Assembly (NCBI GenBank): GCA_045636325.1
Contig: JAZTXH010000011.1
Location: 9,377-73,376, forward strand
From: Clostridia bacterium
Lineage (GTDB): Bacteria; Bacillota; Clostridia; UBA1381; UMGS1253
DNA length: 64,000 bases
Reading direction: 5' to 3'
Below the pieces are notes generated by a model, which was not told where the DNA came from, searched no databases, and was given only the letters and a program-made list of their open reading frames with translations. Of the stretch, positions 56,233-64,000 are shown piece after piece. The translations under genes were made by a program, and so were the position numbers. The first letter of the stretch is position 1, and every line of letters begins with the position of its first letter.

Positions 56233-57672
56233 ATGATAAAAGTTTTACTTGCCACATCAGAGGCAGTTCCCTTTGCCAAATCGGGCGGTTTGGCAGACGT
56301 TTGCGGAACGTTTCCGTTAAGCCTTGACAAAAACGAGGTTGACGTGCGTGTTATAATGCCAAAATACGGCGCAATACCAGCTGAATACACAGAGAAAATG
56401 GAATATTTAACAAATATATCCGTTCCCGTTGGTTGGCGCAATAAGTATTGCGGAGTATTTAAGCTTGTGCACGAGGGAATTACATTTTATTTTATTGACA
56501 ATGAGTTTTATTTTCTCAGCGGAAATTTATACAGCTATATTCACGAGGATATTGAAAAGTTTGCATTCTTTTCAAAGGCGGCGCTTTCTGTTCTTCCCGT
56601 GCTTGATTTCCGCCCCGATATTATTCATTGTAATGATTGGCAGACAGGTGCAATCCCCGTTTTATTAAACGCACAGTTTCAGGATAACCCCTTTTACCGC
56701 GGAATTAAAACAGTTATGACAATTCATAACTTAAAATTTCAGGGCATATGGGATAAAAAGGCTCTTACTGACGTACTCGGTATTTCTAATTCATATTTTA
56801 CCAACGACAAGCTTGAATACAACGGCGACCTTAACATTTTAAAGGGTGGCCTTGTTTACTCAGATGCTATAACAACAGTAAGCGAAACTTACGCTTCTGA
56901 AATTCAGACTCCCGAATACGGAGAGGGGCTTGAGGGTCTTTTAAAAGCAAGAAGTGCAAGCCTTTGGGGTATTGTAAATGGTCTTTCATATGAGCAGTAT
57001 AATCCTGCAACCGACAAGTATCTTGCACGCACATATAATGCAAGGAATTTTGTTTCCGGCAAAAAGGAAAACAAACTTGCACTTCAGAAAGAGCTTGGTC
57101 TTGAGGAAAATGAATGCACATTTATGATTGGTATTGTAAGCCGCCTTACTGACCAGAAGGGTTTTGACCTAATTGCGCATATTATGGAAAATCTGCGTGG
57201 TATGAATGCTCAGCTGGTGGTGCTTGGCACGGGCGAATTTGCATATGAGAGCATGTTTAAATGGTATAACGAAAATTATCCTCAAAGCTTTAGTGCAAAC
57301 ATTTGTTTTTCAAATGAGCTTGCCCATAAGATATATGCAGCTTGCGATGCATTTTTAATGCCGTCAAAATTTGAGCCCTGTGGCCTTAGCCAGCTTATCA
57401 GCTTAAAGTATGGCTGTGTGCCGATTGTGCGTGAAACAGGAGGCTTAAAAGATACAGTTTTTCCATATAACGAATATACAAATGAGGGTAACGGCTTTTC
57501 CTTTGGTGCATATAACCCTGAGGATTTGCTTACCATTGTAAATTACGCATATAATATTTTTTCATGTGACAAAAACGCATGGCGCAGCATCGTGCGCCGA
57601 GCTATGAAGTGTGACTATTCGTGGAATGTGTCTGCAAAAAAATATCTTGATTTATACAAAAGTTTACTTTAA
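56233..57672 (+). CDS. glgA: Glycogen synthase (ADP-glucose type)
   Basis: N-terminal SEAVPFAKSGGLADV, 479 aa, GT5. Confidence 0.95.
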   Translation: MIKVLLATSEAVPFAKSGGLADVCGTFPLSLDKNEVDVRVIMPKYGAIPAEYTEKMEYLTNISVPVGWRNKYCGVFKLVHEGITFYFIDNEFYFLSGNLYSYIHEDIEKFAFFSKAALSVLPVLDFRPDIIHCNDWQTGAIPVLLNAQFQDNPFYRGIKTVMTIHNLKFQGIWDKKALTDVLGISNSYFTNDKLEYNGDLNILKGGLVYSDAITTVSETYASEIQTPEYGEGLEGLLKARSASLWGIVNGLSYEQYNPATDKYLARTYNARNFVSGKKENKLALQKELGLEENECTFMIGIVSRLTDQKGFDLIAHIMENLRGMNAQLVVLGTGEFAYESMFKWYNENYPQSFSANICFSNELAHKIYAACDAFLMPSKFEPCGLSQLISLKYGCVPIVRETGGLKDTVFPYNEYTNEGNGFSFGAYNPEDLLTIVNYAYNIFSCDKNAWRSIVRRAMKCDYSWNVSAKKYLDLYKSLL

Positions 57673-57825
57673 ATTTTTCAGGTTTTTACTTGTTTTGTCT
57701 GCCCTGCGGGGGCTTTATACGTAGGGCAGTATATCCGCTTCTTTCATAAAAAAACATGACTCACTTCTTTTTTAACTGAAACGGATACAATATATATACT
57801 TTAAGTGGGTCGGAAAGGCAAAATA

Positions 57826-60267
57826 ATGTTAACAAAGAAACAAAAAACAATTTTGGACGATATCACCACTAAGGTAATGCGTATGTACGGTAAATCCATA
57901 GAGGATGCAACCGAAAACATTATCTATAAGGCATGCGCTCTTACTGTGCGTGATGAAATTATGAAAAAGTGGCAGTATTCCCACGCTAAGGTAAAGCAAA
58001 TAAAAGCAAAAAAGCTCTACTACCTTTCAAGCGAATTTTTAATGGGGCGTCTTTGGGGAACAAATATGTTAAACCTTGAGATGACAAAGGATTATGCTGC
58101 CGTTTTAAAGCATCTTGGAATTGACATCAATGCAATCGAAGATAAAGAGGCTGATGCAGGCCTCGGTAACGGCGGTCTTGGACGACTTGCAGCCTGCTTT
58201 TTAGATTCTCTTACCACACTTGACCTGCCCGCATACGGCTCAACAATCAGATATGAATTTGGCTTTTTCCGTCAGAAAATCGTTAACGGATATCAGTTTG
58301 AACAGCCTGATGCATGGCTCGATAACGGCTATGTGTGGGAGGTTGAACGCCCTGAAGAAACAGTTGAGGTACGATTTGGCGGTAAAGTTTATACTGACTG
58401 GAACGACGAAAGATTTTCTTTCCGCTATGAAAATTCACACACTGTTTTGGCTGTGCCTTATGACGTACCAATCTGCGGCTATGATTCAAAAATAATAAAC
58501 AAGCTTCGTCTCTGGAGCGCAAAAGCTCCTTCTGACCTTAATATGAAGTTCTTTAACGAAGGTCAGTATAAAAGAGCAACAGAAGAAAAGGATATGGCTG
58601 AGGTTATTTCAAAGGTATTGTATCCTGAAGATAATCACGCAGAAGGCAAGATGCTTCGTTTGCGTCAGCAGTATTTCTTAGTGTCTGCCACAATTCAGTG
58701 GATTTTAAAGGACTTTAAGCATTTCCACGGAACTGCATGGGATATATTCCCTGAAAAGATTGCAATTCATATAAACGATACCCACCCCACTCTTGCTATA
58801 CCTGAGCTTATGAGAATACTTATGGACGAAGAGGGTCTTGGTTGGGATCAGGCATGGGATATTACAACAAAAACCTTTGCATACACAAACCATACAGTTA
58901 TGGCAGAGGCGCTTGAAAAATGGCCCATTGATATATTTGAGCCAATTTTACCCCGAATTTATATGATTATAGCCGAGATAAATAATCGTCTTTTATACAA
59001 ATTAAACGAGATTTATCCCGGTGACAGAGCAAAAATTGATTATATGTCAATTATTTCAAACGGCGTGGTAAGCATGGCAAATCTGTGTCTTGCGACATGT
59101 CATGCAGTAAACGGTGTTTCAAAGCTTCATACGGATATTTTAACAGGCGATATATTCCGCGATTACTACAATATAAATCCCTCCGGTTTTCATGCAATTA
59201 CAAACGGTATTACATTCCGTCGCTGGATAATGCATGCAAATCCTGCACTGGCTGACCTTATAACCCAAACAATCGGCAAAGGCTGGCTTAAAGACGAAAA
59301 TGAGCTTAAAAAATTGGCTGAATACGCAACAGATGATGCTTTTTGTGAAAAGTTTTATAAAATCAAGCTTGAAAACAAAAAGGCATTAGCAGAATACATT
59401 AAAGAACATAACGGCATTGAAATTGACGTTAATTCAATTTTTGACGTTCAAGTTAAAAGACTTCATGAATACAAGCGTCAGCTTTTAAATGCACTTCACA
59501 TTATGTATCTTTACAATAAGCTGCTTGAAAACCCTGATATGGACTTTACGCCCCACACATTTATTTTCGGTGCTAAAGTTGCCCCCGGATATCACAGGGC
59601 AAAGCTTATTATAAAGCTTATAAACAGTATCGCAGACAGGGTTAATAATGACCCCAGAATCGGCGGTAAGATAAAGGTTGTATTTATCGAAAACTACTGC
59701 GTAACACTGGCTGAAAAAATTATTATAGCGGCTGATGTTTCCGAGCAGATTTCAACTGCAGGTAAAGAAGCATCAGGCACAGGTAATATGAAATTTATGC
59801 TAAACGGCGCACTTACAATTGGTACATTTGACGGGGCAAATGTTGAAATGAGCGAGCAGGTTGGCAGAGAAAATATGTATATTTTCGGCCTTTCAGCGGA
59901 TGAGGTAGCGGAAAAATACCGCTATCAGACAGGCGAGCCTCAGAAAATTTACGAGTCAAATATGCCTTTAAAGCGCGTTTTAGACCAGCTTATTGACGGT
60001 ACTCTTGAGCCTGAGCACGCAGGTCTTTTCAAAGAGATATACCATTCACTTATTTTCGGTGATTACGGCATTGCAGACCCCTATATGGTGCTTCGTGATT
60101 TTGATGCTTATAAAGATGCCCATGCAAACCTTGAAGCAGACTTTAAAAACCGCAAGCTATGGCTTGAAAAGGCAGTTAAAAACACTTCAATGGCGGCATT
60201 TTTCTCATCTGACAGAACAATAATCGAATATAATGAAAAGATATGGCATCTGCCCGCCATTGATTAA
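57826..60267 (+). CDS. glgP: Glycogen/maltodextrin phosphorylase
   Basis: GT35. PLP-lysine region EASGTGNMKFMLNGALTIGT. ATG 57826 is preferred over the ORF-track GTG 57805. Confidence 0.95.
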   Translation: MLTKKQKTILDDITTKVMRMYGKSIEDATENIIYKACALTVRDEIMKKWQYSHAKVKQIKAKKLYYLSSEFLMGRLWGTNMLNLEMTKDYAAVLKHLGIDINAIEDKEADAGLGNGGLGRLAACFLDSLTTLDLPAYGSTIRYEFGFFRQKIVNGYQFEQPDAWLDNGYVWEVERPEETVEVRFGGKVYTDWNDERFSFRYENSHTVLAVPYDVPICGYDSKIINKLRLWSAKAPSDLNMKFFNEGQYKRATEEKDMAEVISKVLYPEDNHAEGKMLRLRQQYFLVSATIQWILKDFKHFHGTAWDIFPEKIAIHINDTHPTLAIPELMRILMDEEGLGWDQAWDITTKTFAYTNHTVMAEALEKWPIDIFEPILPRIYMIIAEINNRLLYKLNEIYPGDRAKIDYMSIISNGVVSMANLCLATCHAVNGVSKLHTDILTGDIFRDYYNINPSGFHAITNGITFRRWIMHANPALADLITQTIGKGWLKDENELKKLAEYATDDAFCEKFYKIKLENKKALAEYIKEHNGIEIDVNSIFDVQVKRLHEYKRQLLNALHIMYLYNKLLENPDMDFTPHTFIFGAKVAPGYHRAKLIIKLINSIADRVNNDPRIGGKIKVVFIENYCVTLAEKIIIAADVSEQISTAGKEASGTGNMKFMLNGALTIGTFDGANVEMSEQVGRENMYIFGLSADEVAEKYRYQTGEPQKIYESNMPLKRVLDQLIDGTLEPEHAGLFKEIYHSLIFGDYGIADPYMVLRDFDAYKDAHANLEADFKNRKLWLEKAVKNTSMAAFFSSDRTIIEYNEKIWHLPAID

Positions 60268-60309
60268 TTTTGCATTGCTTATTTGCCTTGTGTGGAGGTA
60301 TTATTAAAA

Positions 60310-62226
60310 ATGATTATAGAACACAATTCACACAGCATCTTCAGCCGCACCCCTTTCGGTGCGGCTGTTTGCGGTGAAAAAATATGCTTAAGGCTTCTTT
60401 TGGGTGACTGCATCTGGCCTGAAAGCGTTAATTTAAAATATGAATTTGCAAAAAACGGTGAAAGGCAAGCTTTTAGCTTGCGAATGCATTTTCATTCCGT
60501 CATGTCAGGTCTTTATGTATACGAATGTTTTCTGAATGCCCCTGAATTTTCCTGCCTTATTTTTTATACATTTGAAATTAACTTTGAAAATGAAACCGTA
60601 CTTTACGGAAATAACGAAGCCCGCCTCGGCGGTATCGGACAAATTTATAAATCAGACGCTATCCCCTATCAGGTAACAGTTTATTCTGCTGATTTTAAAA
60701 CCCCTGAATGGTTTAAATGCGGCATAATGTATCAGATATTTCCTGACCGCTTTTACAAAACTGAAAGCTATGATGGACTTTCAAAAGCAAAAAATATAAT
60801 AAAGCGAGGCTGGGGTGATATACCCTTTTACACCCCTGAACAGTTTGGCGGCGAATATTTGGCTAACGACTGTTTCGGAGGCTCTCTTAAAGGAATTGAA
60901 GAAAAGCTTTTCTACCTTAAGGAATTAGGCATTGATATTATATATTTAAACCCCATTTTTGAGGCAAGCTCAAATCATAAATATAATACAGCCAATTATA
61001 AAAAAATTGACCCCCTTTTCGGTGACGAGGAAAGCTTTAAAAGCCTTTGCAAAAAAGCAGACGAACTTGGTATAAAAATAATTCTTGACGGAGTATTTAA
61101 TCACACCGGCTCTGACAGTATATATTTTAACAAATACGGAAGATATCCTGAACTTGGTGCGTATCAAAGCAAAACCTCAGAATATTACGACTGGTACAAT
61201 TTTGAAAGCTATCCTGATAAATACGATTGCTGGTGGGGAATTAAAACCCTTCCCCACGTTAATGAAGAATCAGCTTCATATATTAAATATATTCTTACTG
61301 ATAAAGATGCGGTAATAAAAAAGTGGCTTCGCCTTGGTGCAAGCGGTTGGCGTCTTGACGTGGTGGACGAGCTTCCTGATAGCTTTGTTAAGATTTTAAG
61401 AAGCGAGGCAAAAAAAGAAAAAGAATCTTCGGTTATCATAGGCGAGGTGTGGGAGGATGCCTCAAACAAAACTGCATACGGCGCGCTTCGGGAATATCTT
61501 GGCGGATACGAACTTGACTCTGCTATGAATTATCCTTTAAGAAATGCAGTGATTTCCTTTTCAAAAGAAGAAATAACGGCCAAGAGTTTTAACAGCATTA
61601 TAATGTCGCTTAAAGAAAACTATCCCGCTCCGGCGTTTTATGCAATGATGAACTTCCTTTCAAGCCACGATACTGAAAGAATTTTAACAAAGCTTTCAGA
61701 TTTACCTGACGGCAAAAGTCTTACAAGAGAACAGCAGGCTCAAATATTTTTTGATGAAAACAAAAGGACTTTGGCAATAAAAAGGCTTAATATTGCCCTT
61801 TCGCTTTTATTTACTCTGCCAGGCGTGCCATCGGTTTTCTATGGTGATGAAGCAGGTCTTGACGGCTACTCTGACCCATTTTGCAGAAAGTGTTTCCCCT
61901 GGGGCAAAGAAGATAAAAATATTTATAATATGTATAAAAACTTTATAGCCTTAAAAAAGAGTTCAAAAGCCTTTGTTTTGGGCGATATTGAATTTGTGTA
62001 CGGCGAGGGCACTGCTCTTGGATATTTAAGAACAACTAAAGACGAAGCGTTTTTATATATTGCTAATTCATCATCTAAACATGACTGGAATCTAAGCTTA
62101 GAGCTTGGAAAATACAGAATAGGAAAAATTACAAACGGTGTTGAAGATTACGCATGTGATTTTGGAAGATTTAATGTAAACCTTCCTCCCCTTTCCTATA
62201 AAATTTTCACCTGCGAGGTGGTATGA
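60310..62226 (+). CDS. GH13 alpha-amylase-family enzyme (neopullulanase/cyclomaltodextrinase-like)
   Basis: DGVFNHTG, GWRLDVVDELP, IIGEVWED and FLSSHDTER conserved regions I-IV. ATG 60310 follows GGAGG. Confidence 0.85.
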   Translation: MIIEHNSHSIFSRTPFGAAVCGEKICLRLLLGDCIWPESVNLKYEFAKNGERQAFSLRMHFHSVMSGLYVYECFLNAPEFSCLIFYTFEINFENETVLYGNNEARLGGIGQIYKSDAIPYQVTVYSADFKTPEWFKCGIMYQIFPDRFYKTESYDGLSKAKNIIKRGWGDIPFYTPEQFGGEYLANDCFGGSLKGIEEKLFYLKELGIDIIYLNPIFEASSNHKYNTANYKKIDPLFGDEESFKSLCKKADELGIKIILDGVFNHTGSDSIYFNKYGRYPELGAYQSKTSEYYDWYNFESYPDKYDCWWGIKTLPHVNEESASYIKYILTDKDAVIKKWLRLGASGWRLDVVDELPDSFVKILRSEAKKEKESSVIIGEVWEDASNKTAYGALREYLGGYELDSAMNYPLRNAVISFSKEEITAKSFNSIIMSLKENYPAPAFYAMMNFLSSHDTERILTKLSDLPDGKSLTREQQAQIFFDENKRTLAIKRLNIALSLLFTLPGVPSVFYGDEAGLDGYSDPFCRKCFPWGKEDKNIYNMYKNFIALKKSSKAFVLGDIEFVYGEGTALGYLRTTKDEAFLYIANSSSKHDWNLSLELGKYRIGKITNGVEDYACDFGRFNVNLPPLSYKIFTCEVV

Positions 62227-63458
62227 TGATTGATATTATAATTGCAGGTGGAGGTGCAAGCGGTATTATGGCCGCACTTTCTGCCAAAATGCAAAATCCT
62301 GCTTTGTCGGTTACAGTGCTCGAAAAACAAAACCGCCCTTTAAAAAAGCTTCTTGCTACTGGCAACGGCAGATGCAATATGTTAAATTTAAATCCCTTAA
62401 AAGAAAATTTTCACGGTACATTCACTGATATGGCAATGTCGGTGATAAAAAAGGCAGACCCCGAGTTAATTATAAGCTTATTTTCAGAGGTTGGGCTCAG
62501 TGTAACCAAGCGTTATGCTCCCCTTATTTATCCTGCATCAATGCAGGCATCATCTGTACGCGAGGCACTTTTAACCGCCTGCTATGAGAGAGGCGTTAAA
62601 ATCTTTTCCGACTTTGAAATTACGGATATATCTCATACTGAATACGGCTTTGATATTATAAATAAAAAGTGCAAAGTCTTGTCTTGTAAAAAGCTTATTT
62701 TATCAGGAGGAACGTCTGCCGGCGGCACACACACTAAAATGCATGAACTTATAAAAAGTCTTGGTCATAAAACAAATGACTACTACCCTGCCCTTGTGCC
62801 CCTTTGCTGCAAAGAAAAAGATGTTTTAAAAATTGCTGACGGTGCAAGAGCATATGCAAGACTTAAGCTTTTATGCGGTGGTGAAGTGATAAAGGAAGAT
62901 TCCGGCGAAGTTCAGTTTTGCTGGTATGGCCTGTCAGGCATTGTTACCATGCAGCTTTCAGGTTATGCAGTAAAGCTTATAAACGAAGGCAAAAAGCCGG
63001 AAATTTGCGTTTGCCTTTATGATGACTTTGATGAAATTTACAACCGGTTAATTAAAGACAAAAGAGCATTTAATAAAATAAGCGTGCATCAAAGGCTTTG
63101 CTTTCTTGTTAATTCAGCGGTTTCGCAGATGATACTGAAAATAGCTGGCATTAAAGAGGATACGCTTCTTTCTGCCCTTTCGGAGACGGATATAAAAAAA
63201 GTTTGTTCTCTCTTATGCACTATGCGCTTTACTCCCACATCTGCCAAGGGCGAAGAATTTGCACAGGTTTTTGGCGGCGGTGCCGAATCTGCTCAATTTG
63301 ATGAAAACCTTTGTTCAAAAATAAATCCTGATTTATACCTCACCGGTGAAATACTTGACATTTACGGTGACTGCGGCGGCTATAACCTTACATGGGCATG
63401 GGCAAGCGGATATGTGGCGGGTTCTTCGGCAGCAAAGGCTTTAACAACGCATTTTTAA
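62223..63458 (+). CDS. NAD(P)/FAD-dependent oxidoreductase, HI0933/BaiN-like flavoprotein
   Basis: 411 aa. N-terminal DIIIAGGGASGIMAAL dinucleotide fold and C-terminal GEILDIYGDCGGYNLTWAWASG. Confidence 0.75.
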   Translation: MMIDIIIAGGGASGIMAALSAKMQNPALSVTVLEKQNRPLKKLLATGNGRCNMLNLNPLKENFHGTFTDMAMSVIKKADPELIISLFSEVGLSVTKRYAPLIYPASMQASSVREALLTACYERGVKIFSDFEITDISHTEYGFDIINKKCKVLSCKKLILSGGTSAGGTHTKMHELIKSLGHKTNDYYPALVPLCCKEKDVLKIADGARAYARLKLLCGGEVIKEDSGEVQFCWYGLSGIVTMQLSGYAVKLINEGKKPEICVCLYDDFDEIYNRLIKDKRAFNKISVHQRLCFLVNSAVSQMILKIAGIKEDTLLSALSETDIKKVCSLLCTMRFTPTSAKGEEFAQVFGGGAESAQFDENLCSKINPDLYLTGEILDIYGDCGGYNLTWAWASGYVAGSSAAKALTTHF

Positions 63459-63468
63459 GGAGACTTTC

Positions 63469-64000
63469 ATGATAATAGATTTTCACACTCACGCTTTTCC
63501 GGATAAAATTGCAAAAGTTGCAATTAAAACTCTTGCAGAAGCATCAAAGCTTACCCCTTATACAGATGGTACAATTTTAGATACTGACGAAAAAATGAAA
63601 GCTATGGGAATTGACAGACGGGTAATGCTTTCAATTGCAACAAACCCAAAACAGCAAACAAACGTTAATAATTTTGCGATTGAAACAAATAAACATAAAA
63701 ACATATATTCCTTTGGCTCTGTTCATCCTAAGGCAGAAAATGCCTTAACCGAGCTTGAAAGGCTTAAAAATGAAGGACTGCGTGGTATAAAGCTGCATCC
63801 TGAATATCAGGGTTTTGAAATCTCTGATAAAAGCGTGTATCCTATATATGAAAAGTGCATAAAATTAGGGCTTATAATAGTTTTTCACGCAGGAAAGGAT
63901 ATCGGTTTTCCACAAAGCCTTAACGCATCATGCAAGTCAATTAACCGCCTTTCAAAAGACTTTGGAGGTACAGATTTTGTTATGGCACATTTCGGCGGTT
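63469..64000 (+). CDS. Amidohydrolase-family metal-dependent hydrolase (TIM barrel), 3' end cut by window
   Basis: Not in the ORF track (runs off the window). ATG 63469 follows AAGGAGA. Reads MIIDFHTHAFPDKIA...GIKLHPEYQGF...VFHAG... Confidence 0.7.
   Translation, partial: MIIDFHTHAFPDKIAKVAIKTLAEASKLTPYTDGTILDTDEKMKAMGIDRRVMLSIATNPKQQTNVNNFAIETNKHKNIYSFGSVHPKAENALTELERLKNEGLRGIKLHPEYQGFEISDKSVYPIYEKCIKLGLIIVFHAGKDIGFPQSLNASCKSINRLSKDFGGTDFVMAHFGG

Noticed and set aside
1-64000. Looked for rRNA, tRNA, CRISPR arrays, transposases or integrases, prophage genes and known defence-system hallmarks (restriction-modification, Cas, reverse transcriptase, toxin-antitoxin pairs)
   Set aside because: No spaced direct-repeat arrays or cloverleaf-like GC-rich islands appear in the intergenic regions. 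No ORF shows recombinase, RT or nuclease-helicase defence signatures. Apart from the polysaccharide locus, the window is ordinary core chromosome.

Overview
Visibly AT-rich, densely coding chromosome segment that looks like a spore-forming Firmicute of the Clostridia. Contents from left to right: (1) a window-truncated aspartate-aminotransferase-like gene and a dipeptidase / YraN / RNase HII group. (2) The conserved late cell-division block on the minus strand: HlyD-like, yggS, sepF, yggT, ylmH, divIVA, then aroB, lspA, rluD. (3) A patch of gene decay around an rsuA-like gene, with two oxidoreductase relics. (4) A stand-alone purC. (5) A GerA-family germinant-receptor operon in B-C-A order. 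(6) A trimeric bifurcating-type [FeFe] hydrogenase, hydC-hydB-hydA. (7) A ~21.5 kb, 20-gene co-directional Wzx/Wzy-type surface-polysaccharide locus at 22.3-43.8 kb. It holds fnlA/B/C for UDP-L-FucNAc, a UDP-HexNAc dehydrogenase/epimerase pair, six glycosyltransferases, a pyruvyltransferase with an FrhB-like Fe-S protein, and an aldolase-like / 2-hydroxyacid dehydrogenase pair. (8) hydE-tcdA. (9) A CopA P-type ATPase with an extra C-terminal metal-binding domain. (10) An ECF sigma/anti-sigma pair and a truncated surface-protein relic. (11) The glycogen operon glgB-C-D-A-P plus a GH13 enzyme, a BaiN-like flavoprotein and a truncated amidohydrolase. The most unusual structure is non-coding. A 240-bp divergent-promoter cassette lies between a DUF975-like membrane-protein gene and glgB, bracketed by perfect 33-bp inverted repeats (51476-51508 and 51749-51781). 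This is the architecture of an invertible promoter switch, and it also places an identical 33-nt element in both 5' leaders. I saw no rRNA, tRNA, CRISPR array, transposase, integrase or recognisable defence system. All calls come from reading motifs in the supplied translations and the raw sequence. No database search or computation was possible, so family names are recognition-based and start codons are RBS-based judgements.
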